Source: Octopus vulgaris (taxonomy: Eukaryota). Taken from it: 64,000 nucleotides of DNA. A program made the position numbers and the translations under genes. A model generated the notes under the pieces. That model was not told the DNA's origin and did no database searches. It saw only the letters and a list, made by a program, of their open reading frames with translations. The DNA lies in contig OX597822.1 of the NCBI GenBank assembly GCA_951406725.2, positions 116,250,001-116,314,000 on the forward strand. Direction: 5' to 3'. This document shows positions 16,521-30,842 of the stretch, piece after piece (the stretch's first letter is position 1; the number at the start of each line of letters is the position of its first letter).

Positions 16521-18469
16521 AACTGAGATCAAAGTGCATGCATTTATTGGCAAAATATAACCATCTCCAAATATATCAATAACCTAACTTATTTTCGAAT
16601 CTATGATGTCATGCTAAGACAAGAAAATAATCATCAAGATAGTGATCAGGATCATGAATTTAAATTCTATAACAGACTTAAGATTTTATAGTGGGGCTTA
16701 TTCTTGAGTTAAAGGGTCTGATGCTGGTATTTATAAAGAGAGACTTCTAAGTCACTTTGATTTCAATTCATGATAAAGAAATCAACTTATTATATATAGA
16801 AGTTTTACAAATTATATCCATGGCATACCACATGACAGGATAAAAACTAAGGCATAAAATGAGGTTTACATGACAGACGGTCATGCTGTGAGATATATAC
16901 AAGTGTGCAATTCAAATTCTGTATTATACCAACATAGACAATGATAACATTAACAAGATAAGACTATGCAATTGTTTAGCGTCGTATGGAATTCACAGAA
17001 ACATTTTCGATTCTTTTTTTTTTACATTTTCTGTTCTCTTCTAACATCTTCTGCAATGTTTTTTTTATCCCCCGTTCTGTGTCTGTTTTCCCAGACTTGA
17101 TGAGCAGGATTGTTTTTGTTTGTTTCTTTCTTCGTGTGTTTGTGTGTTTTTATTTCTACAACTGGGTGATCTTCTTACATTATGACTACTCAACAGTGAA
17201 GTCTGGCAACCTGGAACAAGCGCAGTTGTGAGTGTTTTTTTAGGAGTACAACACAACTCGTAGCAGTAAGATTTGAACTGATGTCAGTGTGGTAAGCAGC
17301 AGGACAGCTCAACAAATTTAAAGACGAACTGATACTATTTTCAGCCAAGCTTCTTGAAGCAAGCAGAATATCATTTTTGCATCGGAGGTACAAAAAAACT
17401 ACTGTTTTTAGAATTTGATTTTTGATCAATAGATGAACACCTACATAATTCCCATGCATAATATTTTCAGATACTCCCAAGAATGAAGCAATTAAGCCAA
17501 CACTTACCATTTCTGAGATGAAACACCTGATTAAACTATGCACACACATACTCACGCACACACACACACACACACACATGTACATATGTATGTACAAGTA
17601 TGTGTGATGTGTGCATGCATACACATACACATACACACACACACTGATACATGCAAGACAACTGAGACAACACTTGAATATCCCAGGTGATGATGGCCTA
17701 CTTCAAAACTTTGCTAGCGACATCAGTTTTCTCAACAGTACAAACCACAAAAAAACATTGATAAGACATGCTGCTTGATAAGCAAAATATATAACATCAG
17801 GCTGTAGGTGAAAGCAAACCAGTCAAGGTCACTTCATTTGCAACACTTTCCTTCGAAAGAACATCTGTTATACGCTCTGCAAACACTGCCCTCCTAGACT
17901 TTGACTGTTTGTTTTAAATGACTCATTGCATAGGCTTTGTCTGCAGAACATATATTTTACAATTTTTTTTCTGAAAAAGTTTCTTTTTTTTTTTTCCTCT
18001 TATGAATTCCATTCATGAGAAAAAATGTATCTGTAAAACCGCCTGCTTGGAGGCCTGATGGTAAGTGCCCATATTATCACCATCAAAACAATTACCACCA
18101 CCAAATCATTAATTTCATGGCTTGCTTTTTATCTTTTCTGGTATCAGTTAAAGAGATCAGCTTCCCTTGTTGTGCTATTCTGTTATTCTTAAGTAACTCA
18201 AAGAAACATCCCTTTATCAGACTTCCCTTTGTTTGGTAGGAGCTAACCATCAATCCATGGTAGTTGTCCATTTATTTCTCATTAACCTTTTAGGTCATCA
18301 ATCCATGACTCTTCAATGATATTTACTACATTCATGCAGTTAAAATATTTCACAGTTCATTAAATCTAGGATTTTATGAACCAAAAGAGAGAATTATCAA
18401 CAATATTCTCTTGGCCCTTGAATTATCCTCCCCCTCCCCCAGTATTGTGATATTCAAGACATAACCCTA

Positions 18470-18670
18470 AAGGAACAAGGCCTGAAATTTTGGTGGAGGG
18501 GACAAGTTGATTACATTGACCTGTATTTCAGTGATATATAATTTGTCAACCCTGACAGGATGAAAGGCAAAGTCGACCTCGGTGGAATTTGAACTCAGAA
18601 TGTGCAGACAGATGAAATGCTGCTTAGCATTTTGTCCAGCATGCTAATGATTCTGCCAGCTCACTGCTTG
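18470..18670 (-). mobile_element. tRNA-derived SINE, family B
   Basis: Contains ggatgaaaggcaaagtcgacctcggtggaatttgaactcagaa, shared by many copies (about 21168, 24005, 29118, 29312, 47768, 51338). Confidence 0.75.
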
Positions 18671-19674
18671 ATATTCAAGAAATAGTAGCAACTATCTTTA
18701 CCTCTTCTTAGAGACCAAATCTTGTCATAGCATTTTTGATCAAATTACTCTACTTTATGATGCTAGAATGGCAGAGAGATACATTGAATACTTTACAATA
18801 TTCAGTATTTTGTAGTTTTAACTCTAAATCTTTCTCAAGGATTAACATCATTTTCCATCCGCTTATGATTACTTAATCCACTCTGTTCACATTGTCTTCT
18901 ATCTATTCTTGCATTAAAAGCATTTCCCTTTTTGACCTGAAGTCAGAATTAGGAGGAAGAAATGAACAGGTTTTATTGTCAAAATCATGGCACAAGTAAA
19001 TCCTGAGATGCCATTCTTCACCAATATCAGAGTGCTAATTATGTCCTTCTACTCACACCAGTAAAATAAGTACCAGTAATACATTCGAGTCAACTGAAAT
19101 CATGCAAACTTCTTCCTCTTTAGATATTTGTGAGATCTAAATCTAAACGAGAGCTATTGTAATTTTCAGAGTAGCCGTAAGTTCAGACAGCAACTTGGCT
19201 GAATCCTTAGAGTGTTGGACAGACTGCCTCATAGCATTTGTTCCAGCTCTTTGTGTTCTGAGTTCAAATCCTGCCAAGGTCAACTTACTTTTCATCCTCT
19301 CAGTATCAATAAAATAAGAGGAGTAAATTGGTAGAATTAATAGAGTTATCAGGCAAGATTCCTTGCAGTATCTGCATTGGTTCTGTGCATTCTAAGCTGA
19401 AATTATGCCCTTTTCTTGAGAAATAGTAACACCTCTGTCAAGAGTTGTGACATACAAGTGGGTTTAGCAATTTGAAAAACTGAGGGAAACATAGTTTCCA
19501 AGCTCTTTAATAACATTAGTAAAGTGAAATAGTCAACCTAGAATTAAACCTGGTTCAATTTGTTTTGTGAAGATTTAATACTGTGATGGAGATCAGTTGA
19601 TCACCTGCTCAACCATTGAAATTGATGAGCTGTTGAATTACTTTGGTGCTTTCATGTAAGACCATATATAAAAT

Positions 19675-20575
19675 AAATGTAGTATCAAAAAGTTCCTGGA
19701 ATGGTTATGTTCAACAAAAAATAACTTATTTATTTAGGTTTTAAAATCATATACTTTGAAATAGTCACTTTGCACAGCAATACACTGGTCACCCCATTCC
19801 TACCACTTTTGGAATCCAGCCTGGAAGTCAATTTCTGTAAGTCAAGGACTTTCTACCATATGCTCTTGATCTCAACGATGATGTTAAAATGGTGACCTTT
19901 GAGCTGCATTTTCATCTTGGGGAAGAGATGGAAGTCCGCAGGTGCTAAATCGGGTGAATAGGGTGGGTGCGGAAGTGATACCATGTTGTTGTTGGTGAGA
20001 AACTCACGAGTGAGAAGAGGTTGGTGACAGGGTGCATTGTCTTTGTAAAGTATCCAATTATTCATGCTCCACAGAACTGATTGCTTTTGCTGGATGTCCC
20101 TCTTCAAACACTTCAAAACGTTGTTGATTGTCCTCTGACGATCCTCATACACAAGCTGATGAATTCTCTCCATATTTCCAGGGGTGATGTTCGTGGCAGG
20201 TCTTCCAGGGATTTCCTTCCACTTTTGAAGCACCCGTGACACTCAAAACATTGTGCACAACCCATTGCATCGTCACCATAAGTTTACCAAAGCATGTTCA
20301 ATGTTTCTGTAACAGACTCCCCAAGTTTAGCACAAAATTTCACGTTGGCTCTTTGTTCCAGCTTGCTGTCCATGACAACAATTACAGACCACAGCAGACA
20401 CATGTGATCACAAAAACACAAATTTCACAAGCTGCAAAGTAAACACAGCAATGTCACTCAGCACACTTCTGCCTCATGACGGTCACTGTTAGCTCTCACT
20501 CTGCACACAACCATGTGCTGTTATCTATTGGTGAACTACAGAATTAGTCCAGGAACTTTACAATGCCACCTTATA
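19675..20575 (-). mobile_element. Decayed mariner (Tc1/mariner) transposon with TIRs
   Basis: WILYKDNAPCH...PHPPYSPDLAPADFHLFPKMK (mariner YSPDLAP motif); TIR-like tatcaaaaagttcctgga / tccaggaactttacaat. Confidence 0.85.
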
Positions 20576-21167
20576 CATACTCTTCTTATACTGTTCAAGC
20601 ATATTACAGCAGTTAGAAGGGTTAATGACCCTGGTGCTAGAAAATCTATTGTTCACATATTGATATTATTTTAAAAATACAAACACTTCAAGGTGTAATG
20701 TTTATCTTAATTGCAAGAAATATGTAAATACTGTGTGATTGTATATCATTTGATCTGAGCCAGATTAGATACTTTACTTCAAAGCCCTTTCAGTTCACAT
20801 ATACACACACATACACCCAATCAGGCACACATAACAAGCATTAGTAAAGAAGCTCTGGTTTGCGCATTGGCTAACTGCTCTGAAATAATATTTCTTACAT
20901 GAATGTGCATTCATGCATATGTGTTAATATATTTCACCTATGCATTTTGGGAAAGAATCTAAACATCAGAGAAAAGTGGATGCTCTTCAGATGAAATCTT
21001 TTGTCAGATCAAACCTCTCTGCATTGAGTTAGACATTCACTAATCACTCTCACTATTAGAAATGCTGTGAGTCAGTGATTGATACACTGGTAACCTATAT
21101 CCAATTTGCAACTGCTTACAAATTGTAATAAGAAACACACACACACACACACAGATATATATATATA

Positions 21168-21375
21168 AAGCGCTGAGCTGGCAAAATCTTCAATGCGGCA
21201 AGTAAAATGCTTAGTGGTATTTCATCTGTCTTTACATTCGGAGTTCAAATTCCACCAAGGTCGACTTTGCCTTTCATCCTTCCGGGGTTGATAAAAATAA
21301 GTATCAATTGAGCAATGAGGTTGATGTAATTAACTTAACACCTCCCCAAAAATGACTGGCCTTATTCCAAAATAA
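21168..21375 (+). mobile_element. tRNA-derived SINE, family B
   Basis: A-box gagctggcaaaa, B-box gagttcaaattcc, then gtcgactttgcctttcatcc domain. Confidence 0.75.
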
Positions 21376-22999
21376 ATAAATAAATAAGAACTACATATGA
21401 AATAAAGTCAACCATTACTTGGACATTCTAATCTGCAAGAGCTGAGATGAACAGGTAAAGCAGCCGAGAGCAACAGTTTCAAACTTCCTCAGCTACATAA
21501 TTCCAACAACAAGATTACATTACACCTGATGGCAAAACCTCAGTATTGCTGCAGCTCAATTACTGAAACCAGTAAAAAAATAATTAAGAAGTAGAATTTA
21601 AGTGTTAAAAATAACCAAATACATTTAACAATTGTTATAACATTATCAAGTACATTTGCAACATAAAGTTAAGTAGAACATTACAATACTGGACACTGAA
21701 CAATTTTTTACAAGGATCTTATGAACAGAATTTTTTTCTTGTAAAAATTGATTTTTCCCACTATTAAACAAGTACTACAAAAGTTTGAAAGCATCTACAC
21801 ACTTAGCAGTTCTATTAATTGGGTTTTTAAATTTTTACATACATTTTCATATTAGTATGTAAGATAGGTCAATGAATTTAGATATCTACATAAATTTAAT
21901 GTATGTGTATTCTTACTTTAACATTCATCATACAACATCGAAATGATAAATATCTTAGTGCACCTACAACCTTTAGTATTAATAACATTGCCATATTTTT
22001 CATGCATAAAAGTCTTCTATTCACTCAACTGTTGTACCACAAATGCCTATTTGCTCAATTCATTTCTTTAACACCATACAAGTTCTGTTCTTATTTTAAG
22101 TCATGTAGAATAAAAATAGTGATAAATCCAATAACATGGATTCCGTAAAGAGCTGGAGATTCCAAATGAAGCCATCTAGAAATCATATCCATGTATATAA
22201 AATATATATACACATTTTTCAACTCAGCACTCTAACTCCCCACATGTTGTGTCCTGCTACAAATCCATCATTCTATGCATATATCTAACTTCACGTGAAG
22301 CAGTAAGTTTCTTTATCACTGAAACCTTTGTAATACAATAACTGCCATATTCAATATGTAACTGTCGAGCCTCAAACTTCACAATTTCCTTTCTTACACC
22401 ACATCTGCAACACATTGAATCCATTTTTCTTCCTTGGTATTCCCTTGACAATTTACAATTCCAACTTATGAAACGATAGCATGTCATTTTTTACGCATCA
22501 CCCTTAGACTTCTCAAATTCCAGGCTTATTTGTTGATTTATGAGAAGAAAATCAAAGACTACATACAATGATGTATTTCAAGTCCTGCAAATGAGCAATT
22601 CATCGTCAACTGGGAGCAAAATGAATCAAAATGACAGAGCAAACAGAAGTTGTTTATGAAGTGGGAGGAAAGTGGGAAACATTTCTAACCACAAGGTATC
22701 TGGATATTACGACTTAGAGGGAAAAACATGTTACCATGAGGCAGTCTAGTGTTTCTTTCATTGCATCTTCCTCAAAATTTGAAACATGATGACACATCAG
22801 TGACTAAACAGTGGAAAGAGCATAGAAAGAGACTACTTCCAAAAGATATTTGGTTTATCGACATCTTACAAATATAAAATAACCCCTAATATAAATTAAA
22901 AGAAATATTCAGAGAGAATTATTAGGCACAGAAACAATTGTTACTTACAAATGGACTCTTAACAAAAAGCCTCTTCAACAATTAACCTGAGTGCATACT

Positions 23000-23690
23000 T
23001 CTTTTCTAACATCTCCTGCTGGTGCTGCATTTCTCCTCCATATCTTCAGCTCCCCTCCAAAGGTGAGGATGTCACAGTGAACGATTGGTACCAATGCCAT
23101 CCTTTCTTGAAGGATTGATTTTTACGCCTCTTCAGAATGATCTTCAGCTTGTCTTTGAACTGTTTCTTTAGTTTCTCCATCCAGGTGATTGACCATGCTA
23201 TAGATGACAAGAGAGGATCCAATGTAGCAGGTGCACTACAGTTCTGAACCATCTCAGATGATACCTGTATGATGCAGATTCACATCTTCTGTTTGTTGGT
23301 TTGATGGCCGACTTCTCTGTGCATAATCCATCTTGCCAGGGGACTGAAAGGATCTTCTGAAGACACTACAAATTAAATGCCTCAAGGACATTTAATGTAT
23401 TTTGTTGTAAATGGTCCATAATACACAGCCATAGAGGAGAAAGGAAACACAAAGGGCACAGATGATGAAACCCTTGTTATGGAGGCTGGGGTGGTTGAGA
23501 CTTTCAAAGGCAACAGAAGCATGTCTGGGGTAGTTAAGAACCTCCTTATCCCATGGGCAGTCATTGGAAATAACGCCACTTAAATATCGTGCTGAGGGGG
23601 AGGAGAGAGGGGACTGTAGCAGGCCATAAACAGATGGCCTCAGTTTTCTGGACATTACTTATCAGACTAAATCTTTATAACCTGTAAGAT
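23000..23690 (-). mobile_element. Old RTE-clade LINE remnant (different subfamily)
   Basis: RYLSGVISNDCPWDKEV...ASVAF...LLYGCVLWTIY and HLRWF...KQFKDKLKIILK resemble RTE RT C-termini. Confidence 0.65.
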
Positions 23691-24632
23691 AAACCTTCAA
23701 AGACTTCTGATGTGTGAGCTCTACCACACCAGAATCCCATACTTTTCCCCAAAAAATTAGTAAGATGAAACAGTTCAAACTGACATTTGAAATTGAGTCA
23801 GACAGACATTATTCATAGAGAATATACTATAGCACTATGTTGCCATCAAATTTATGAAGCTGGAATTATAGGAATATATGATATTCATGCTTTTTCCAAA
23901 GGTATTCTAATTAAGTAGTTTCAATAGTAAATTGAAACTGGTTTACATATTTAGCTTACTGAGAGCTAATAGCTATGTTATGACACCTATTATCAATAAT
24001 AATAACTTTCAAATTTTGGCACAAGGCCAGTAGTTTTCAAGAGGAGAGTGTTGGATAATTGCATAATTACAGTGCTCAACCGATACTTGCTTTATCAGCT
24101 GAAAATGATGAAAGGCAAATTCGACCTTGGCAGAATTTGAACTCAAAACATAAAGAAGATATGCCACTAAACATTTTGTCCAACGTGCTAATGATTCTGC
24201 TGGTTTGCTGCCATAATAATAATAATGATGATAATAGTAATAGTAAACAAAAGCATGAATTTTTTTTTAAATTCATCAAGCAAAACATAAAATCTTGAAT
24301 ATTTGAAAACATACTTAAAAGTAGCAAATTAAAAAGTTGTATATATTCTAAGAAATATTCTAAGTGCTCTTCATGACAAAGTACAAATCAATTATAAAAA
24401 AAAAATTAAAGCAATAAAAAAACAATTTCACAAAATATAGAGAAAAAAAAGTCAGCATTTCTAACTACTAATACCTTTTGCTAAAGTTGTCCTGCAGCAA
24501 CAATGTGTTGTCAATAGCTGAGAAGGATCAACTTCTCTATATAACAAGGATACTTGAACTATTGACAATACACTCGTTTCTCTCAGATGCTAACAGATCT
24601 TATGTCAAATTTAACGTAACAAATGAACTTAC

Positions 24633-24716
24633 TTGTTGTCTGTGAGAAAAGTTGGATCCTCAGTCAACTGAAGCCTACTTAATCCTTATGTTGATAGTCA
24701 TCAATTTCCTGATGGT
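24633..24716 (-). other. Candidate 84-nt non-coding (5'-UTR) exon
   Basis: Acceptor cttttaattgtattttcttgcag and donor CAA|GTAAGT; stops in all three frames. Confidence 0.4.
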
Positions 24717-25188
24717 CTGCAAGAAAATACAATTAAAAGAGGAAATGACCTACAGGGTAATCACTTTAACCACTTATCAAAATTATTACAAGGCTGAACA
24801 GGCAAATTAGTTATGAAATTTCTAATTATTTTCAAACAAATTTTTTTTTAAACTTTTTAATTCAAAATATAATCCATTGAACTTTGATCTTGCAACTGAA
24901 AAAATTAAAATGACGACAAGCAAAATCAAACAGAAAATATGAAGAAATGTAATAAAAGAAAATAGAAGCTAGGAAATATTGTTGTTTTATAAGATTGAAT
25001 CAAATAAACAGGATCGAATGTTATACTGTTCAATCAAATGTCCACCTTGAATCCAAGTAGAAGTAGGTCTATTGTAGTTCAAATCTTAGTCAGGTAAACA
25101 ATGATGTCATCAGTCAGAAATAAGGACCAACCAAGCAAATCAACAGACACCAACGCCACCAAAAAGCTATAGGTAAGTACTGCACACT

Positions 25189-25230
25189 TGGACTGTCCAT
25201 GGACTGTCCTTGGACTGTCCATGGACTGTC
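25189..25230. repeat. Tandem palindromic 11-mer (tggactgtccW) x ~4
   Basis: Direct reading; unit TGGAC-T-GTCCA is self-complementary. Confidence 0.85.
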
Positions 25231-25428
25231 ATCCACAAATCACAGAGGATTCAGTATATGTTAGACCCGGCGGCTCCAAAAGTTTCTTATACTTAAACCA
25301 CACAGTAGAACTATCCATTTTCCAGGTGAGTAAACTGGCACAAGCGATGTGCCGTGCAATGGCTAAAGTAATGATTGAAGTAAAGAACTAAGAAGTAAAG
25401 AATCAATCCTCCAACCATTCTCTTAATG

Positions 25429-25690
25429 TCATCATCATCATCATCATCATTTAATGTCCACTTTCTATGCTGGCATGGGTTGTTAGACAGTTTGACTGGA
25501 ACTGGTAAGCTGGAGAGCTGCACCAGATTTCAGTCTAATTTGGCATGGTTTCTACGGCTGGATGTCCTTCTTAACACCAACCACTCCAAGAGTGTAATGG
25601 GTACAATTTACATGACACTGGCAAAGGCCACGACTATGGTTTCCCAGGTGCCGTTTACAGGACACTGATAACGACCATGACCACGATTTC
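25429..25690 (-). mobile_element. RTE 3'-end fragment
   Basis: (CAT)n plus tttaatgtccactttctatgctggcatggg motif as in other copies. Confidence 0.75.
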
Positions 25691-25899
25691 ATTGTGGTAA
25701 ATAACTTAGAGGAGCAAATTTACTGAGTGCCAAGTCAACAGTGCAGTTTTGATTCCCACCTGGAACAGAACCCCTTCCCCCCCCCCCGTCTTTAATGTCC
25801 TTAGGAATGCTTTACTCACACAGCTACTATTTCTTCAACCCAGAAACCAATAAGAATAATACTAAATATCGCATGATCAATATCATAGATTATGATATG

Positions 25900-26167
25900 T
25901 CTGGCACCTGTGCAGGTGGCACGTAAAAAGCACCATCCGTTCGTGGCCGTTTGCCAGCTCCGTCTGGTACCTGTGCGGGTGGCACGTAAAAAGCACCCAC
26001 TACACTCACAGAGTGGTTGGCGTTAGGAAGGGCATCCAGCCGTAGAAACACTGCCAAATCTGACTGGGCCTGATGAAGCCTTCCGGCTTCCCAGACCCCA
26101 GTTGAACCGTCCAACCCATGCTAGCATGGAAAACGGACGCTAAATGATGATGATGATGATGATGATG
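25900..26167 (+). mobile_element. RTE 3'-end fragment
   Basis: ggtggcacgtaaaaagcacc modules, gagtggttggcgttaggaagggcatcc, (GAT)n tail. Confidence 0.85.
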
Positions 26168-29117
26168 AAAAATCAACCCCAAACTGCAAACATTTTATTT
26201 TGTATTGCTTCACTCTACTCCTCCGGGTTACATAAATCCATGAATTACAATTCAATGTCTTACATCTGCAAATCAATATGTGACACTCGTAATACCAAAT
26301 GATTGGCTTACATTTCATTTTCAACTTGTAAATTCTTTTTAGTTGGAGTAAATCAACTCAGTCATTTGTCTTTAACTCATTATCTTTGAAAGAATTAGAG
26401 CTGTTACTCATAAATCTCTGAATATGAAACAGTAATGGTTTCTTTTTAATTCATGCACAAAAATGCATATTTGTAGGACAGGGTGCAATTGAATTAACTC
26501 CAATATCATCATACTGTGATACTTATAGTATTTACTCTAGGGAGATGAAAAGCTAAGTCAAGCTCAGTCTTAATTGAAGTCAGAACACAGATGTATGCAA
26601 CTAAATACTAATCTAGCATGTCACCATATCTACCAAACTGACAGCCCTTCTGCTCTAAATATCTCTTCGTAAGAAGAAATTTTGTTGAATTCTGAGCACC
26701 AGTCATCTTGTTTGGTGTAAAATTAAAAAAAAAAAAACATGATGCAAATAGGTTTTTTTTTAAAAATTATAGTTAGGAATAATTTTGTGGAATTGTTCTG
26801 TAGAAGACATAAGATTTCTTACAGCATAGAAATTACAAAATAGTCAAGAAATTCTTCCTGTTCTGATAATAAAATAAAAATCAAGACTATAGCACAAATT
26901 AAGAAGTAAGTTCAACTTTATTGCCTGGAGTTCATATTTCTTGCCACTACTCATGGCTCAGCCATTAATTAACTTACTAATACAAGGCAGACAACTAAGA
27001 CAGACTTTAAAAAAAAAAACAAATTCACTTTTATTTTCTCACAATAATTACTTAAGGTTTAAAACATATTAACCAATAAAAAGCATTCTAGCTAATATAT
27101 TTCATAGTTTTGTTCCAGCTTTCATTTGTGATTTATGGAGAACTATTTAAAGTTTTTCTTTCAGCTGGAATCATGCATAGAGTGGGGAATGGATAGAGGT
27201 CTACTAAATCATTTCTTCATAAAATTATATCAATAACAACAAGGCACCTGTCTCAGTTTAGTACTTTATAACATTGTCAACAATATGAAAACATCAGCCA
27301 AGTATCCCATGGAGAAATTAGCAAAACAAACAACTTCTCAATGCATAATGAATTCTGAATGGCAGACAAATATGATGCATGTGTGAAAAATAATTGATTG
27401 AAATTCCTTGCTTCAGTTTCTGCATCAATGTCGGCAGCAGTGAACTGTAATTTTATTTTAACATCTGGTTTGGAATAGTTGCAAGTAAGCAGATCAAGAA
27501 GTGATTACTTTCTGTAATTAAAGACCTTTACACTTTTCACATGAGAAACTATTGACAACAAAATTACTGACACTTTATAAATATGGAAAGTTAGACAAGC
27601 CTTCTAGTGGAAATGATCTACACAAAAATCACACAATCAGAACCTGAAATCAATAACAATAGAACAAATAAGTTGTCGAATAAACAATTCAGTTTGCTTT
27701 TGCAGCAATCCTAAAGTCACAAAAACCTGCTGCAATAAGAAAGTCTGCCCATAATAACAAGGAGTAACAATACAAGCAAACTACTGTATATATATATCAC
27801 GAGCACAAAAAGTGAAATTAGATTTTATAACAATTAAATATTACTTGTAAACAATAGTGGAAAGATTAGAGCTCACATGTGAGCCAGCCAAGACCAACTG
27901 TTACAACAAAGTTACCACCTCAGGGAATTATCATAGGTCTATTTAATTAGAAACGGCTACAAGAGCAAGCCTTTTACAAATGAACTATGAACATTTCAAT
28001 TATCCTGCTACAAACTCTGAAAAGAGTATCCAATGAGCTGATTGTAATAGGGAAACGCCTCATCAATAAGTAACTTTCTGCCAGCTCCGCCTAACATTAT
28101 AGCAATACAGACATTCACTTTTGATATCTCTCCCTATTATTAAAATAGAGAGATAGGTTTGAAAGGAAATAATTTCAAGGTAGAATCTATTCAGAGGAGA
28201 TTTGCCATAACAATAAAGGAACAGGTAGAGTAGGAGTAGCGAGGAGGGAAATGTTTTATTCATAAATAACAAAGCAGGCAGAAGTGAAGGACATTTTACA
28301 CACACAATAAAACATTAGTGCAAAAATAAAAGTAACAAGCATGAAATAATTTGGTGGGAAGAGGGAATACATATAGAACATTATAAGCGAAGGAATAAAT
28401 TATCTGAAGCAGATAAAAAGGCAAAGAAAGAAAGCCTGAGAAAAAGAGAAAGAGAGAAGAGGAGAGAGAGAGAGTCAGTCTAGTAGAGGCAGTAAACTAA
28501 TACGGTTAAATGGGAATAGCTGTGAAAAAGAGGGAAATGAATGATAAAGGCAGAAAGGGCAAGACAGAAAATGTGAACATAAAGGAGAGAGAGGGGAATT
28601 GAGAGAAAGGTAAAGATGAAACTGAAAAAAGTAGGGGAGTCATAAGAAATATTTACATCAGATGAAAAAATATGATACAAGAATTCTTCTGCAATGCAAA
28701 TGTTACTACAAGAAATGGTATATACAGCAATGGAAATTTATTGAAAATTTGCAAAAGAAATTTGATAAGCTCTACAACTGGTTAGAATACTTCATCAAAT
28801 GGGCTGAGTTGAAGCAAAAACTTGGAAATTCTAATTCGAAACTGAAGACCACCCAAGAGGTAAAGAATTTTAAATATATGATTATCTAAAAGAAATAAGA
28901 TCAATAAATAAAAAGAATAATATTTTCCCTATTTTAAAATAATTCCCATGTATGACAAAAGGAAAGGTTTCAGAATACTATTAGCTTACATTACCATGTC
29001 ATTGAATAGCGTGAGTGCAACATGTAAATTAAGTAACATTACTATGTCAGAAATGTTCATATTACTGTCTTTCTTCCACCTTTTCTCCCCACTTCCCATC
29101 ATTATTATTATTATTAT

Positions 29118-29528
29118 TAAAGCAGTGAGCTGGCAGAATTGTTAGCATGCCAGGCAAAATGCTTAGCAATATTTCACTCGTCGCAACGTTCTGAGCTCAA
29201 ATTCTGCAGACATCGACTTTGCTTTTCATCCTGGGGTCAATGTAATTGACTGTCCCTCTCCCACAAATTTCATGTCTTGTGCCTTTAGTAGAAAGGGTTA
29301 TTATAATTATAAAGGGCAGCATGCTGGCATGATTGTTAGCACGCCAGGTAAAGTGCCTGGCAGCATTTCATCTGTCTTCATGTTTTGAGTTCAAATTCCA
29401 CTGAGGTCAACTTTACATTTCATCCTTTTGGAGTTGATAAATTAAGTACCAGTGAAATACTGGGGTCAATGTAATCAACAAATCTTCTCCAACCAAATTT
29501 TCAGGCCTTGTGCCTTTAGTAGAAAGGA
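29118..29528 (+). mobile_element. Two adjacent family-B SINEs
   Basis: Heads at about 29118 and 29312, both ending in ttgtgcctttagtagaaagg. Confidence 0.75.
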
Positions 29529-29721
29529 TCGTCATCGTCGTCGTCGTCGTCGTCGTCATCTTCATCATCATCATCATCATCATTATAGATGTCGCACAGT
29601 ATACAATATTGTGAGGTTGTTGATTGAAGATATTGTGTCTACCAGGCGTTACTACTGTTCATCAAGTCACAACAAGGACCTCAGACAGACTGTACTTTAC
29701 GCAAAAATTATTATTATTATT

Positions 29722-30128
29722 GAGTGAGAGAGCAGTGCATGCCATCAAAGTGACACTGGGGTAAAATATACGAAGCCCAGTATACCCATCATGACTACCA
29801 GTCTGATAAGGGTACACCAGGCACATGCATCACAACCATATGTGCGCGACATGGTGATCGCATATTAAGATAAACAGCACATGACCTTGCAGGTGGGGCC
29901 CAGTTAGATTTTTCTTCTGGTCGAGTAACCCATCCCGCTCAAAAGGTCCCTGGTGGCACATAACAGCACCCTCTACACTCTCGGAGTGGCTGGCATTAGG
30001 AAGGGCATCCAGCCGTAGAAACTCTGCCAGATCAGATTGGTCTGGTGCAGCCATCTGGTTCGCCAGTCCTCAGTCAAATCGTCCAACCCTTGCCAGCATG
30101 GAAAGCGGACATTAAATGACGATGATGA

Positions 30129-30131
<3 letters not shown>
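29722..30131. mobile_element. Unclassified GC-richer repeat (about 29722-29952) fused to an RTE 3' fragment (about 29953-30131, +)
   Basis: RTE tail motifs with (GAT)n end; the left part abuts a (TTA)n tract. Confidence 0.55.
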
Positions 30132-30166
<35 letters not shown>

Positions 30167-30623
30167 TCATTATTGGTGATGGAAGCAGTATTATTATTTC
30201 CATACTGCTGCTGCTGGATGATTTTTCTCGAGACAAATACAGCAGTTTTGTGGCTTTCTAAGTATCTCCACATTAAAGTATATATGTAGGTGTCTGTCTG
30301 TGCCTGTGTGTAATTTAATAAAATTTAATAAGACAATAACTTGAGAAGCACGTTCAGTCAAGCAAAATTACCAAACAGTTTCATGTGAGATCACACTTCC
30401 CTAAGTAGAAAGCATGATTAAATAATAATAGGACATGGTTGACCAGAAGAGTATCACAAGAACACTTTTTCCACTCAGGTTATTTAATCAAGCTTCTCTG
30501 CTTGTGGAAGTGTGATTTCATGTGAGACTGACCAGCAAATGTGCTTGCCTGAACGTAGTTCTTAATTTGTAACATTATATAAAAATTATGTGTGTGTGTG
30601 TATGTGTGTGTGCATGTGTGTGT

Positions 30624-30689
<66 letters not shown>

Positions 30690-30842
30690 TACACATATAC
30701 ACACGCATAGATATGTCTGTGTGTGCATATATATGTATATATATATATACACACACACACACACATACACACACCTACACGCACATTCACAGGTATATGT
30801 ATATATATTTGCTTATGAATATGAACATATATATATATATAT

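Noticed and set aside
22150-22800. Possible Tc1-like transposase remnant (PLDF motif)
   Set aside because: Too decayed, with no TIRs or catalytic motifs that I can support.
25170-25180. Perfect plus-strand donors (TAG|GTAAGT here, AAG|GTAAGA near 2436, CAG|GTAAGC near 11771)
   Set aside because: No matching acceptors or coherent frames; expected by chance in 64 kb.
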